A DNA stretch of 63,957 bases from Bacteroidota bacterium (GCA_037131145.1 JBAXRP010000002.1:1-63957), one strand, 5' to 3'; positions 45,395 through 56,396 are shown, counted from the stretch's first letter. Made by a program: numbers and translations. Notes: generated by a model from the letters alone, not told the origin.

Positions 45395-47002
45395 TTATTT
45401 CACAATCAACTTTTGTACCTGCGATATTTTACGGGCAGGATAATACACCTTTACAAAGTAAACTCCCTTTGGTAATGTACTGGCATTCAACATGTAATTC
45501 TTCTGATCAGTGGTTGCTTCCATAACGGTATTGCCAACAACTGAAATCACCTTTATCTCTTTGCCTTCGTTGGTTGCAAAACTGAGCTGACATTTTTCCG
45601 AAGTAGGATTTGGTCTGATGGAAAATTCGACGCTCTTTTCCGCCTCGCTCATTCCAATAATAAGATCTCCCGTAATTACAATGTCGTCGAGTTCCCATGT
45701 TGATGATTCAACAGCAGTGGATGTGTACCTGAACCCTATATATACAGCGGTTCCATTGGTTCCGCTCACATTCAGGTTTCCTGAAGGAGTCCATACCCAG
45801 TTACCTGCCGACCAGGTAGCAGTGATTGGAGCCCATGCAAAATCATTCGGATTTGACACACCGTCATAATCGTTAGAAATGAGGCATTCAAGAGCGGGAC
45901 CTGTATATTTATATGCCGATTGAAAGTTAAGCGCTTCATTATTGTATTTATCGAAATTCATGGCTGGAGTGATAAGCCAATCCTCGTTTACATTCGACGC
46001 TCCGGCAAATCCGCTCACTTTGGCGCACGGACCTCCATTGATACCGTGAATAGAATCAATCATCCATACTTCTGCGCCGACAACGTTTTTAAGGATCCAG
46101 TTAGAAAAATTGTAGGCGGCAAAATGGATACTGTCAATAATCACAGTATTGCTGGTGGTTGCAGAAGCGGCGGGAGCTGTGCCATCGGTTTTATAATCAA
46201 TGAGAGAACCAGAGTTGGTGTATGGATAAATCTTGAAAAAATACTGTTTATTTCCTGGTAAATTCCCAAATGAAGCATGCTGAGCTCCTTGCAAAATGTT
46301 AAGAGCGCCGTGACCGTCAGCGAGATTGGGATCATCTGAAACAGGGGTTCCGTCAACTGGCGCGGCAATGCTATTCTGATCGCTTGCCAGTACAAGGTAT
46401 GCAGCAGGCAACTGAGCGCCAATGGCATCTGTCCAGGTAAGGTTAATGGTGAATGGCGCAGTGCCTGCGGCAAAATTGGTTGGATAGTTTGTCGGTTCAG
46501 GAACAGGTCCGCCGCTGAATGCTGTCCAAATCACATTGTCAATAGTAACCTGACCTGAGTTGCTGCTATCAGCCTGCTTGAACATAATGGTGAAAACGCC
46601 TGGTGTATTGACTACCACAGGACCTGAATTGGTGACTACACCCTGCGCTACGCTTGTAACATTTTTCACAAGCATTCCATTAATAAAAAGGTTAAGGTTA
46701 ACTGCCGTGGAAAAAGTTTGTTTGTAATCAAACTGAATAGTGCCGCAGCCATTTGAGATGTTGCCGGAAACAATTTTGGAAGTCAGGGGTCTTTTCTTCC
46801 CGAATGTTGGCGACGGGGCTACAATAACAGAGTCGCCGCGACTTTGAGTGTAAGACCACGTTGATCCGTCCATACCGAGAAAAGTGCCATCATGGTAAGC
46901 ATTAGCGGTTTCAGGATAGTTGGTGAAATTTTCATTTCCTTGCCCAATTGCAAAGAAAGCAGTCGTCAGTAAGACGATAAAAAATAGTAATTGTTTTTTC
47001 AT
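45395..47002 (-). CDS. T9SS type A sorting domain protein (Fn3-like plus choice-of-anchor-J-like modules)
   Basis: 535 aa with signal peptide. The C-terminal ~80 aa read FSIRPNPTSEKCQLSF...LPKGVYFVKVYY...QKLIVK (Por secretion tail pattern). The segment NEDWLITPAMNF...WELDDIVITG resembles choice-of-anchor J. Confidence 0.85.
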   Translation of the reverse strand: MKKQLLFFIVLLTTAFFAIGQGNENFTNYPETANAYHDGTFLGMDGSTWSYTQSRGDSVIVAPSPTFGKKRPLTSKIVSGNISNGCGTIQFDYKQTFSTAVNLNLFINGMLVKNVTSVAQGVVTNSGPVVVNTPGVFTIMFKQADSSNSGQVTIDNVIWTAFSGGPVPEPTNYPTNFAAGTAPFTINLTWTDAIGAQLPAAYLVLASDQNSIAAPVDGTPVSDDPNLADGHGALNILQGAQHASFGNLPGNKQYFFKIYPYTNSGSLIDYKTDGTAPAASATTSNTVIIDSIHFAAYNFSNWILKNVVGAEVWMIDSIHGINGGPCAKVSGFAGASNVNEDWLITPAMNFDKYNNEALNFQSAYKYTGPALECLISNDYDGVSNPNDFAWAPITATWSAGNWVWTPSGNLNVSGTNGTAVYIGFRYTSTAVESSTWELDDIVITGDLIIGMSEAEKSVEFSIRPNPTSEKCQLSFATNEGKEIKVISVVGNTVMEATTDQKNYMLNASTLPKGVYFVKVYYPARKISQVQKLIVK

Positions 47003-47023
47003 AAGATTTGGTTTGTTGATTGT

Positions 47024-49552
47024 TTATTGAATAATTAGTTTTTGTGTTTCTGTACGATTAGATTTCAAATTTTTAATTTGAAGATAATATATACCTCCCG
47101 GCCAGCTATGGCAATCCAAAGTAAGCCTCATGGATGAAGTTCTATCGTTGAAAATGGGCAATCCAGATAATGTCATAACGACAACCTGATAATCGGACGA
47201 TTGACCAAAATTGATGCTGAAACTACCGCAGGTAGTCGGGTTTGGGAGAACAGTGAAAATATTTGTGGTTAAATGGTCTGAAATGCCAGCCGGTCCGACC
47301 TGAATAAATGCAGGTTTATATTTTTTTCGTTGTCCGGCATTGTTGGCAACCGTCAGAGTGACATCATAAGAGCCCATAATATTATATTGTATCGGAGGCG
47401 GTGTTTGACCATTGAATGTTTCAGGAAATCCTCTTTCAAATTCCCAGAACCAGGCAGTAATATCTCCAATTGATGCATCTGTAAAAACAACTGTCTGTCC
47501 AAGGCTTATAGTTGAATCACTGACATGAAAATCGGGAACCGGCAGATTTGAACATCCCGCGAGCGGAGAAGCAAAAAGTGAATCTCCGGCAGGGGTTTTT
47601 CCCTGATATTCAACTGCATGTCGCCAATTTTCAGGTAAAAGATTATTAGAGTTCGGATCGCAGAGTTCAAGAGTTGGACCGCGCCCATTTGCCAAAGTAT
47701 CCCAGGGAAGAGAAGGCATATAATAAACTGAATCAACCACAAATCCGAAATTATCTTTGATAACAACCGGTTCGCCGCCATTACTGAGCGCTGATCCGGC
47801 ATTCCACTGATATGCCGCTACATGATAAGTACTTGCAATGAGTGATGAACTTTTTCCCACCATAAGATATGATTGCGGGTTAAGAGTTATCGCCGGAAAT
47901 GTAAACTCTATACCTCTGCTGAAATAAAAATTCGTTAGATCAACACCAATATTTCCATTATTATAAACTTCGATAAACTCAAGAGAATCTGTGCCCCCCA
48001 AGGGTGAACGGTAATTGATTTCTGTCATAACAAGTGGGGCATTCGTTGGTCCAATTACATGAATGTAGGTTGTTTTACAGGCAGTTTGCTGTCCCCACTG
48101 ATTGGTGGCAGTAAGGCATACTGTATAATCTCCTGTAAAATTATAGGTAATTCCGACAGGATTCTGAGCGATGGATTGAGCGGGTATGCCGCCAATAAAT
48201 GACCAATCCCAGGATTCGGGGCAGAATTTTGTTGAATCAAAGAAATTAATGGATTCACCCACAGTAAGGTTTACTTTACTTGCTGCAAAATCGGGTAGAG
48301 GAGCAATTATTTCACATAGCGTACTAAAAGTTACATTGGTTCCATAAGCCGTGCCTGTAGCATTAGTGGCATAAGCGCGGACATAATAGGTTGTACTCGG
48401 CAGGAGACCAGTTATAGAGCTTGTAAAAGCGCCAAGCGTTCCGGGTTCCACCGAATGTGGACCAGCGATTGCCGGACCAGATGCTGTACCCCAGCATAGT
48501 CCCCGCGCTGTTATTGAAGATCCTCCGTTGTTTGTTACGTTACCTCCGCCCGTAGCGGTATTGAAAGTTATGTTGGTTACAGTTGGATTGGTTGACACAA
48601 CCGGAAGTCCGGGACCTGCCGGGCTTAAAGGCGTATCCGAATTAGTTAGCGTTACAACATCGCGACGTAATGCAGTGGTTGTATTTGCGCCGCTGGGCCA
48701 AATCCCGGTGGAACTTGTATTGAACGCAAAAAGCGAATTATCCGCATTCCGGGATTCAACTCGCCGCACGCCATTTGGATTATTGGCGCCGATTGGAATT
48801 ATTGCAGGATAATCTCCGGCTACACTCGCGCCCGCCTGCATATAGACGTCATTAATTTCAGCCGGAAGCTCGGCATTTGTTGCCTGCGTAGGAACCATCG
48901 GACGGATCATATAGGCAAATAAAGGATCTCCTGTTCCTGTTTCGTTATCGAACATAAGTATATACTTTCCATTCGATGGCGGCAATGAACTTCCTTTCAC
49001 GAAACACCCATCGTCGGTAGTAACAGGAGTGCGGGCAATTAGAGCAATATCGAGAGCGGTAAGGGTTTTAGTTCCAACAAAAAGCGGCGCTGAGGGCATA
49101 ACGCCTCCTGCCGGAATCCAACCCAATCTGAGATTATGTACCTGTCCAGCGTCAAATCTGCTGGCATTACCGGTAGGCTGAATGAAAAACCAAACAGGTC
49201 CGCTATTGCCTGCAGCGTCGGTAGTAAAGCAATTCAGAATAGATGTTGTTCCGCTGAAAACTGTACCAGTCCAGTAATTACCTGCTCCATAAGTGGTGTT
49301 TGCCTCCGAAACAAGTCCGATGCCGGGTTTTAAGTCGTAAGCAGTAATTGGAGTAAGCCCTTCAATTTTAACGCAAACAGCAAATGCCGTTCTGGCATTA
49401 TTGGTGGAGGCAGCGGTTTTGCTGCCAAAATATCTTGGAACGACCAGTTCGGTAACTGTCTGGCTATAAGCGCCGGTAAAAATGCAAACCAGCAGTATCA
49501 GAATCAGGATCCGCGGAATCCGAAGTTTCATAGCTTGATGATTAAAATTCAT
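47024..49552 (-). CDS. T9SS type A sorting domain protein with lamin-tail domain and PKD domains
   Basis: 842 aa (alternative ATG at 49531). LTD pattern MTEINYRS...DSLEFIEVYNNG...LSNGGEPVVIKDNFGFVVDSVYY. Two PKD units. Type A CTD FTVLPNPTTCGSFSINF...GGIYYLQIKN...QKLIIQ. Confidence 0.85.
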   Translation of the reverse strand: MNFNHQAMKLRIPRILILILLVCIFTGAYSQTVTELVVPRYFGSKTAASTNNARTAFAVCVKIEGLTPITAYDLKPGIGLVSEANTTYGAGNYWTGTVFSGTTSILNCFTTDAAGNSGPVWFFIQPTGNASRFDAGQVHNLRLGWIPAGGVMPSAPLFVGTKTLTALDIALIARTPVTTDDGCFVKGSSLPPSNGKYILMFDNETGTGDPLFAYMIRPMVPTQATNAELPAEINDVYMQAGASVAGDYPAIIPIGANNPNGVRRVESRNADNSLFAFNTSSTGIWPSGANTTTALRRDVVTLTNSDTPLSPAGPGLPVVSTNPTVTNITFNTATGGGNVTNNGGSSITARGLCWGTASGPAIAGPHSVEPGTLGAFTSSITGLLPSTTYYVRAYATNATGTAYGTNVTFSTLCEIIAPLPDFAASKVNLTVGESINFFDSTKFCPESWDWSFIGGIPAQSIAQNPVGITYNFTGDYTVCLTATNQWGQQTACKTTYIHVIGPTNAPLVMTEINYRSPLGGTDSLEFIEVYNNGNIGVDLTNFYFSRGIEFTFPAITLNPQSYLMVGKSSSLIASTYHVAAYQWNAGSALSNGGEPVVIKDNFGFVVDSVYYMPSLPWDTLANGRGPTLELCDPNSNNLLPENWRHAVEYQGKTPAGDSLFASPLAGCSNLPVPDFHVSDSTISLGQTVVFTDASIGDITAWFWEFERGFPETFNGQTPPPIQYNIMGSYDVTLTVANNAGQRKKYKPAFIQVGPAGISDHLTTNIFTVLPNPTTCGSFSINFGQSSDYQVVVMTLSGLPIFNDRTSSMRLTLDCHSWPGGIYYLQIKNLKSNRTETQKLIIQ

Positions 49553-49620
49553 GCATCAGGAAATATTAATCTACAAAGGTGCTAATTTTTTTTGAATTCT
49601 GGCAGGCATACAATAAAATA

Positions 49621-49662
49621 AGGAAAAGAAAAAGGGCTGCGCTTTTTATGGCGCAGCCCTTT
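49621..49662 (-). terminator. rho-independent terminator after dnaK
   Basis: Perfect 12-bp stem AAAGGGCTGCGC/GCGCAGCCCTTT with an 8-nt loop, followed on the minus strand by TTCTTTTCC. It lies 26 nt after the dnaK stop. Confidence 0.8.
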
Positions 49663-49687
49663 AAATTACCATTAAGAACGAGATTTG

Positions 49688-51607
49688 TTATTTATCCTTT
49701 ACTTCTTCAAAATCAACGTCGGTCACATCATCGTTGCCGGGTTTTGGCGACCCTTGTTGGCGCTGACCCGGATCTTGCTGTTGCCCTCCCTGAGGTCCGC
49801 TTTGTGCAGAGTTTTTATACATCTCCTCACTCGCTGTTTGCCATAGTGCATTCAGGTTTGCCATGGCTGCATCAACACCGGCAATATCACGGCTTTTATG
49901 TGCATTTTTCAGAGATTCCACGGCTTTTTCTAAGCCGGCTTTCTTGTCGGCGGGAAGTTTGTCGCCAAATTCCTTTAACTGCTTTTCTGTCTGAAATACA
50001 AGGTTGTCGGCTTGATTTAGTTTGTCAACTTCCTCTTTCATTTTTTTGTCAACGTCGGCATTTGCCTGCGCTTCGTCGCGCATGCGACGAATATCTGCTT
50101 CCGATAGTCCTGATGAGGCTTCGATTCGGATTTGCTGTGATTTTTCAGTTGCCTTATCTTTTGCGGTAACATGTAAGATTCCATTGGCGTCAATGTCGAA
50201 AATAACTTCGATCTGCGGTATTCCACGTTGGGAAGGTGGAATTCCATCAAGATGGAACCGACCGATACTTTTATTTTGGTTTGACATAGGACGTTCACCT
50301 TGAAGAACATGAATTTCAACGGAGGTTTGTCCATCAGCGGCTGTGGAAAACACCTCTGATTTTCTGGTAGGAATTGTTGTATTTGACTCTATCAGCCTTG
50401 TCATAACGCCGCCGAGAGTTTCAATGCCGAGCGATAAAGGCGTAACATCGAGCAGCAGTACATCTTTCACTTCACCTGTAAGTACGCCACCCTGAATAGC
50501 GGCGCCGATTGCGACAACTTCATCAGGATTTACTCCCTTTGACGGTTCTTTACCAAAAAATTCACGAACCAGTTTCTGAACTGCCGGAATACGTGTTGAT
50601 CCGCCAACCAGAATAATTTCGTCCACTTCCGACGCTTTCAAACCTGCATCCTGCAATGCTTTCTGGCATGGAGGAATGGTTGTTTGCATAAGATTGTCAA
50701 TCAGTTGTTCAAATTTTGACCGTGTAAGTTTTTTGACAAGGTGCTTGGGCACGCCATCAACAGGCATAATATAGGGCAGGTTGATTTCGGTTTCAAGCGA
50801 ACTTGACAACTCTATTTTAGCTTTTTCTGCGGCTTCTTTCAAACGCTGTAAAGCCATAGGATCTTTCCGCAAATCAAGTCCTTCGTCCTTTTTGAACTCA
50901 TCTGCGAGCCAGTCAATCACGAGATGATCGAAGTCGTCGCCGCCAAGATGCGTATTTCCATTTGTTGACTTAACCTCGAAAACGCCTTCGCCCAATTCAA
51001 GAATCGAAATATCAAATGTCCCGCCGCCAAGGTCAAACACAGCAACTTTCACATCTTTGTGCTTTTTATCAAGACCATAGGCAAGGGCGGCTGCCGTTGG
51101 TTCATTAATAATACGTTTTACCAGTAAACCGGCAATTTCGCCAGCCTCTTTTGTTGCCTGGCGCTGGGAATCGCTGAAATACGCAGGTACGGTAATTACT
51201 GCTTCCTTTACTTCCTGTCCAAGGTAATCCTCAGCCGTTTTCTTCATTTTCTGAAGCACCATTGCCGAGATTTCCTGAGGGGAATATAATTTCCCTGAGA
51301 TATCAACCCGCGGGGTATTATTTTCACCGCGCACAACCTTATAAGGTACGCGATGAATCTCCTTCTGAACCTGATCCCAGGTTTCGCCCATGAACCGTTT
51401 AATCGAAAAAATCGTGTTTCTTGGATTGGTTATTGCCTGCCGTTTTGCAGGATCGCCAACCTTTCTCTCCCCGTTTTCAGTAAATCCAACCACCGACGGC
51501 GTGGTACGCCTTCCCTCGCTGTTTGGAATAACAACGGGTTCGTTTCCTTCCATCACAGACACGCAGGAATTGGTGGTTCCAAGATCAATGCCAATTATTT
51601 TTGCCAT
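49688..51607 (-). CDS. dnaK: molecular chaperone DnaK (Hsp70)
   Basis: 639 aa. [27 protein letters not shown] and the rest of the canonical Hsp70 sequence. Confidence 0.98.
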   Translation of the reverse strand: MAKIIGIDLGTTNSCVSVMEGNEPVVIPNSEGRRTTPSVVGFTENGERKVGDPAKRQAITNPRNTIFSIKRFMGETWDQVQKEIHRVPYKVVRGENNTPRVDISGKLYSPQEISAMVLQKMKKTAEDYLGQEVKEAVITVPAYFSDSQRQATKEAGEIAGLLVKRIINEPTAAALAYGLDKKHKDVKVAVFDLGGGTFDISILELGEGVFEVKSTNGNTHLGGDDFDHLVIDWLADEFKKDEGLDLRKDPMALQRLKEAAEKAKIELSSSLETEINLPYIMPVDGVPKHLVKKLTRSKFEQLIDNLMQTTIPPCQKALQDAGLKASEVDEIILVGGSTRIPAVQKLVREFFGKEPSKGVNPDEVVAIGAAIQGGVLTGEVKDVLLLDVTPLSLGIETLGGVMTRLIESNTTIPTRKSEVFSTAADGQTSVEIHVLQGERPMSNQNKSIGRFHLDGIPPSQRGIPQIEVIFDIDANGILHVTAKDKATEKSQQIRIEASSGLSEADIRRMRDEAQANADVDKKMKEEVDKLNQADNLVFQTEKQLKEFGDKLPADKKAGLEKAVESLKNAHKSRDIAGVDAAMANLNALWQTASEEMYKNSAQSGPQGGQQQDPGQRQQGSPKPGNDDVTDVDFEEVKDK

Positions 51608-51725
51608 AAATATGTTCTCCTTTTAATTTAAGTATATTTTTTTCGGAACTGCCGCTGTAAAGTCAATCACCGTGCCAAAAGGAAAAGTATGTCAGGGGGG
51701 TGACAAAAAGACAGAAGACGCGAGG

Positions 51726-51781
51726 TAGCGAAATAGCGAAATGGTGAAATGATGAAATCGTGAAATGGTGAAATGGTGAAA
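51726..51781. repeat. tandem octamer array T[AGC]G[CT]GAAA x7
   Basis: The units are TAGCGAAA TAGCGAAA TGGTGAAA TGATGAAA TCGTGAAA TGGTGAAA TGGTGAAA. The array lies between the stop of the 331-aa lipoprotein gene and the dnaK start (119-174 nt upstream of the dnaK ATG). Confidence 0.9.
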
Positions 51782-51809
51782 CTCTTGGCTCCGAATGAGC
51801 CAGATTACA

Positions 51810-52805
51810 TTAGAAGCCGAGGTCGCTGGTATGGTAATTTACTTTCAGTTCGTCTTTGGTTATCTGGCTGACCCAAAGCGTGTCAGACTGTTGTTTGTTA
51901 AACCGCGATGAAAAGAGTCCGATTCCGTTGGTAATATTAGTAAACGTTGGTTTTTCCTGAACTAATGACAAGGTGGGTTCTGTGACTTCCATATAAGTAT
52001 TCATATCGGCGGCTGCTACGGAAAAGATAAAATCGCAATATAATGCTGTGCGATGATCAACGAGAGAGCTTGTATCAATCTTCGAGCCTACTGCCGAATA
52101 AAAAGCGTCGCTGGGAAAATCGAGATCGAAAGGTAGGGTGGAGGGATTATCAGGGCTTTTAATATCATTGAATACAATCCAGTCAAAAGACTTTTTAATT
52201 CCAATTTTTGGAGCGACTACCATATATTCATTATAAAAAAACCGGATTAACAACTGATAACGCTTACCTTCTTTTGCCTGTTTCCATACAACTTCAAATG
52301 AATTACCGGGAGGAAAGCTCGCCTGGGAAGCAGGCTTGTCAATATCAAATTCATGCACAAGCCCGGTTTGTGCAGTTATCTCTTTCCCTGTTTTTTTATT
52401 TTTAATGAATATTTTATAGATATAATTCTCATTCAGTCTTGCCGTTGTGAAATACATCAACTGATCGGGAAAATAAAAGATTGAATCGCCTGCCAGTTTA
52501 TTATGAATAGTAACAGTATCGAGCGGTATCGAGCGTATCAACGAAGTATCCTGATACTCATCGAGACGCACTTCAAGTTTATCGGGATAATTACTCGAAT
52601 CTGGAATCTTTGCAAACTGCATTGCGTCGCCGGGACCAAGGAAGGCTTTGGTTATTTTAATAAAGGTAGTATCTGCCTTTTGGTCAAGAAGTCCGTAAAC
52701 AACGGTAACATCTTTCCAATCGGCATTAACGTTTAAATCCTTGTTGCATGAAATGAATACCGTTAGAAGGAGTACGAGAAATGCAATAAATCGTATAGCG
52801 CGCAT
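51810..52805 (-). CDS. hypothetical lipoprotein (DUF4249-like)
   Basis: 331 aa. Signal MRAIRFIAFLVLLLTVFISC. The C-terminal TNITNGIGLFSS motif recalls DUF4249 lipoproteins. The assignment is tentative. Confidence 0.55.
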   Translation of the reverse strand: MRAIRFIAFLVLLLTVFISCNKDLNVNADWKDVTVVYGLLDQKADTTFIKITKAFLGPGDAMQFAKIPDSSNYPDKLEVRLDEYQDTSLIRSIPLDTVTIHNKLAGDSIFYFPDQLMYFTTARLNENYIYKIFIKNKKTGKEITAQTGLVHEFDIDKPASQASFPPGNSFEVVWKQAKEGKRYQLLIRFFYNEYMVVAPKIGIKKSFDWIVFNDIKSPDNPSTLPFDLDFPSDAFYSAVGSKIDTSSLVDHRTALYCDFIFSVAAADMNTYMEVTEPTLSLVQEKPTFTNITNGIGLFSSRFNKQQSDTLWVSQITKDELKVNYHTSDLGF

Positions 52806-52849
52806 ACTGGTTTGATTTTTATAAGTGGCAAAATTACTTAAAAATATTG

Positions 52850-52857
52850 TAGTTTTG
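52850..52857 (+). promoter_or_regulatory. -7 box candidate upstream of panB
   Basis: TAGTTTTG matches TAnnTTTG, ending 17 nt upstream of the panB ATG. Confidence 0.3.
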
Positions 52858-52874
52858 CTATCTAATTTTAACTT

Positions 52875-53699
52875 ATGTCAACAGCAATATCCTTTCGCAA
52901 TGTAGCCAAGGTTACCACGCATGTTCTTCAGGAAATGAAGGGTAAAGGTGAAAAAATCGCCATGCTAACCGCTTATGATTATTCGTTTGCAAGGATTCTC
53001 GATGGAACCGGAATTGACGTAATCCTCGTTGGCGATTCTGCTTCAAATGTGATGGCGGGACACGCCTCCACGCTGCCGATTACTCTAAATGAGATGATAT
53101 ATCACGGCGCGTCAGTTGTCCGCGCAGTTAAAAGAGCGCTTGTGGTTGTTGATCTTCCTTTCGGCACTTACCAGGGAAATTCTAAGGAGGCGTTGAATTC
53201 CTCCATCAGGATAATGAAGGAGGCTGGCGCCGATGCAGTTAAACTCGAAGGCGGACACGAGATCATTGAATCGGTTGACAGGATTTTATCAGCCGGAATT
53301 CCAGTTATGGGACACCTGGGACTTACCCCGCAATCAATTCACAAATTCGGCACTTATGTAGTGCGGGCAACAAGTGAAGAGGAGGCGGCAAAACTTCTAC
53401 AGGACGCGTACCTGCTTGAAAAATCGGGATGCTTCGCCATTGTTCTCGAAAAAATTCCGGCAAAACTGGGAGCTGAGGTAACTAAATCCTTAAAAATCCC
53501 CTTGATTGGTATTGGCGCAGGTAAAGATGTTGACGGACAGGTGCTGGTTCTCCATGATATGCTGGGTATAACAATGGATTTTTCGCCCCGGTTCCTCCGC
53601 AGGTATCTGAACCTCGCCGAAGAGGTGCGCGGTTCGGTAAATTCATACATCCATGATGTGAAAACCCTCGATTTTCCAAATGAAAAGGAACAATATTGA
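52875..53699 (+). CDS. panB: 3-methyl-2-oxobutanoate hydroxymethyltransferase
   Basis: 274 aa. [28 protein letters not shown]. Confidence 0.95.
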   Translation: MSTAISFRNVAKVTTHVLQEMKGKGEKIAMLTAYDYSFARILDGTGIDVILVGDSASNVMAGHASTLPITLNEMIYHGASVVRAVKRALVVVDLPFGTYQGNSKEALNSSIRIMKEAGADAVKLEGGHEIIESVDRILSAGIPVMGHLGLTPQSIHKFGTYVVRATSEEEAAKLLQDAYLLEKSGCFAIVLEKIPAKLGAEVTKSLKIPLIGIGAGKDVDGQVLVLHDMLGITMDFSPRFLRRYLNLAEEVRGSVNSYIHDVKTLDFPNEKEQY

Positions 53700-54396
53700 T
53701 CAGGATATACTTTACGAGGATAACCACCTGATCATTATCAACAAACGTCCTTCCGATATTGTTCAGGGAGATAAAACAGGCGATTCACCCCTCAGTGAGG
53801 TTGTGAAAGCGTATATCAAAGAAAAGTATAATAAACCTGGCGAGGTTTTCCTCGGAGTTGTTCATCGGCTTGACCGTCCGGTGAGCGGCGCATTGATCTT
53901 CGCCCGTACTTCAAAAGCCCTGACCCGTTTGAATATCATGTTACGGGATGGGGAAATTCACAAGACTTACTGGGCTATCGTTAAAAATAAACCTACCAAC
54001 GCCTCCGGTCATCTGGTAAATTACCTTACCAGGAATGAGCGCCAGAACAAATCATTTGTTTATAACCAGTCAATAACCGGCGCACAAAAGGCAGAATTAA
54101 AATATAAGGTTATTGACCGGAGCGAGCAATATTATTTGCTGGAGATTGAACTGATAACAGGACGGCATCACCAGATCAGGGCGCAACTGGCAGCCATCGG
54201 TTGTTCAATCAAAGGCGATCTGAAATATGGTTATCCACGATCAAATCCGGGAGGTTTTATTCATCTGCATGCCAGAAAAATTGAATTTTTGCATCCTGTG
54301 CAAAAAAACACGATGATCATTACCGCTGATCCTCCGGATGACAAATTGTGGCAATATTTTCTTGAATCAGTTCATAAAATCAACCCTGATTTATGA
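53680..54396 (+). CDS. RluA-family pseudouridine synthase
   Basis: 238 aa. Catalytic motif HRLDRPVSG, and later [12 protein letters not shown]. Overlaps panB by 20 nt. Confidence 0.9.
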   Translation: MKRNNIDQDILYEDNHLIIINKRPSDIVQGDKTGDSPLSEVVKAYIKEKYNKPGEVFLGVVHRLDRPVSGALIFARTSKALTRLNIMLRDGEIHKTYWAIVKNKPTNASGHLVNYLTRNERQNKSFVYNQSITGAQKAELKYKVIDRSEQYYLLEIELITGRHHQIRAQLAAIGCSIKGDLKYGYPRSNPGGFIHLHARKIEFLHPVQKNTMIITADPPDDKLWQYFLESVHKINPDL

Positions 54397-55220
54397 AACT
54401 GCTTCATCATTCGCCAGACACAACGATTGATATGCAGAGCCTTGTGGTTCCGCACATTGAATATCAGAAATCATTCATCGGGATACATGAATTACCTGCC
54501 CGGAATCTGGAATTAAAAACTACGTCGCTTGCACAATCCGACTGGATGCCTGCGGTCATTCTGTTGTGTTTTATACTACTCGCCTGGAATCATGTGTATA
54601 ATCCCAAACGAGTTAAACAGGTTCTTCGCGCTCCATTTTCAAAAAGGTTTATGAATCAATTGGTCAGAGATGGTAACCTTTTCAATGAACGGATTACTTT
54701 TACTCTCGGCATCGTTTACCTGTTGTCGTTTTCTCTGCTGCTTTTCGTTTTGAATGAGCGCTTTTTCGGATTAACCTCACCCAACCTGAAAGGAATACTG
54801 GCCTATCTTGCAATTGTAATCGGTCTTCTACTGTTTATAACTGTCAAAGTGACATTTGTTTCGATTCTTGGAATCGTGTTTAAAACAAAAGAAACCACCA
54901 ATAATTATTTACTGAACCTGATGATTTTTGCGGTTATCACTGGACCTGTGACGCTCTTTTTTTTAGTTTTCATAATTTACCTAAAGACTCCCGTCATATT
55001 GTACTTGTGTCTGTTAATCATTATTTTATTGTTTATATTCAGATTTATACGTGGTTTTTTTATTGGAAGCGACCTTACCAGGTTTTCGTATTTACTATTA
55101 TTTGTGTATCTTTGCAGCCTCGAAATTTTACCCCTGACGGTAGCGCTGAAATTTATAATTAATCATGCGGAAACCGCAGTGGTATTGGGATTTCGGTTTG
55201 TGAACACAAATAGCGTATGA
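54393..55220 (+). CDS. DUF4271 multi-pass membrane protein
   Basis: 275 aa with about 6 TM helices. Its position immediately upstream of, and overlapping (ATGA), a hemD-like gene matches the DUF4271-hemD synteny recalled for Bacteroidota. Confidence 0.7.
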   Translation: MKLLHHSPDTTIDMQSLVVPHIEYQKSFIGIHELPARNLELKTTSLAQSDWMPAVILLCFILLAWNHVYNPKRVKQVLRAPFSKRFMNQLVRDGNLFNERITFTLGIVYLLSFSLLLFVLNERFFGLTSPNLKGILAYLAIVIGLLLFITVKVTFVSILGIVFKTKETTNNYLLNLMIFAVITGPVTLFFLVFIIYLKTPVILYLCLLIIILLFIFRFIRGFFIGSDLTRFSYLLLFVYLCSLEILPLTVALKFIINHAETAVVLGFRFVNTNSV

Positions 55221-55975
55221 GTTTGAAAATAAAGAATATTCTTATTTCCCAGCCGCAACCAACCGATTTTGAGAAATCACCCTACGGCGAAATTGCGCGA
55301 AAATTCAGTGTCGGCATCGCTTTCCGAAAGTTTTTCCAGATAGAAGGGATTCCTGCCAAAGACTTTCGCAAAGACAGGGTCAATATCCTTGATTATTCGG
55401 CAGTTATTTTTTCATCCCGCAATGCTGTGGATCATTATTTCAGGATGAGTAAGGAGATGCGGATCGAGGTTCCTGAAACAATGAAATATTTCTGTATTTC
55501 CGAATCCACGGCTTACTATCTTCAAAAATATGTTCAGTTCAGGAAAAGGAAAATTTTTCATAGCAAGGAAAATGCTGCAAACCTTATTGATCTGATAAAA
55601 AAACATAAAACTGAAAAGTTTCTTTTGCCATGTTCTGATCTTCATAAGCATGAAATAACCAAACTGCTGGAAGATCAGAAGATACAATATAATAAAGCCA
55701 TCATCTACAGAACTTTGGCAAGCGATCTTTCCGACCTCAATATCACGGATTACCAAATGCTTGTGTTTTTCAGTCCCGCGGGAATCAAATCACTTTTGAA
55801 AAATTTTCCTGATTTTGTTCAGGGGGAGACTGCCATTGGCGCATTTGGCGCTACAACTCACAAAGCCGTGAAAGACGCCGGGCTAATACTGCATGTTGAC
55901 GCGCCTACACAAGCTGCGGCGTCAATGACGATGGCCATTGATTTATACCTTCAACAGGAAGCGAGAAAAAAATAA
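55217..55975 (+). CDS. hemD: uroporphyrinogen-III synthase (HemD-like)
   Basis: 252 aa. Two-lobed HEM4-like pattern (ILISQP...FSSRNAV...VFFSPAGIKS). Confidence 0.75.
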   Translation: MSLKIKNILISQPQPTDFEKSPYGEIARKFSVGIAFRKFFQIEGIPAKDFRKDRVNILDYSAVIFSSRNAVDHYFRMSKEMRIEVPETMKYFCISESTAYYLQKYVQFRKRKIFHSKENAANLIDLIKKHKTEKFLLPCSDLHKHEITKLLEDQKIQYNKAIIYRTLASDLSDLNITDYQMLVFFSPAGIKSLLKNFPDFVQGETAIGAFGATTHKAVKDAGLILHVDAPTQAAASMTMAIDLYLQQEARKK

Positions 55976-55988
55976 CCACTTGCTATCC

Positions 55989-56396
55989 GTGACTTGCGTT
56001 CCGATAAAAAAAACATTTATTAGAAATGAGCGGTTAAGAAGTAGCCGCTTGATACATGAGCTTTTTGCGAGAAAGATTTCATTTTTCGAATACCCTTTTC
56101 GCGTTACCTGGATGTTTTTGGAAACTCAGGAAAAAATGCCGGTTCAGGCGATGATGAGCGTTCCAAAGTACAATTTTAAAAAAGCGGTGGATCGTAACCT
56201 GCTCAAACGGAGAATGAAAGAAGCATTCAGGCTGAATAAACAAACCCTCTGCCATACACTTCTCAGTTGCCGGCGAAGTATGGCGGTATGCTTTACTTTC
56301 ACCTCCAAAGAAATTCCGGCTTTTGACCTCATTCAACAAAAAATAATCCTAATTTTACAGCGTTTAATTAAAGAAAATGAAAAAGTTACCGGGTAG
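55989..56396 (+). CDS. rnpA: ribonuclease P protein component
   Basis: The [13 protein letters not shown]...FRVTW... and [16 protein letters not shown] motifs identify it. The start is uncertain: GTG at 55989, TTG at 55980, or the track TTG at 55938, which would overlap hemD. Confidence 0.8.
   Translation: MTCVPIKKTFIRNERLRSSRLIHELFARKISFFEYPFRVTWMFLETQEKMPVQAMMSVPKYNFKKAVDRNLLKRRMKEAFRLNKQTLCHTLLSCRRSMAVCFTFTSKEIPAFDLIQQKIILILQRLIKENEKVTG

Noticed and set aside
49579-50169. 196-aa plus-strand ORF
   Set aside because: It lies entirely antisense to dnaK (49688-51607) and has an Arg/Leu/Ser-rich shadow-frame composition. dnaK is unambiguous.
51608-51809. CIRCE/HrcA operator or sigma-32-type promoter upstream of dnaK
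   Set aside because: I looked for TTAGCACTC-N9-GAGTGCTAA and for the CTTGAAA...CCCCAT pattern on the dnaK strand and found no convincing match.
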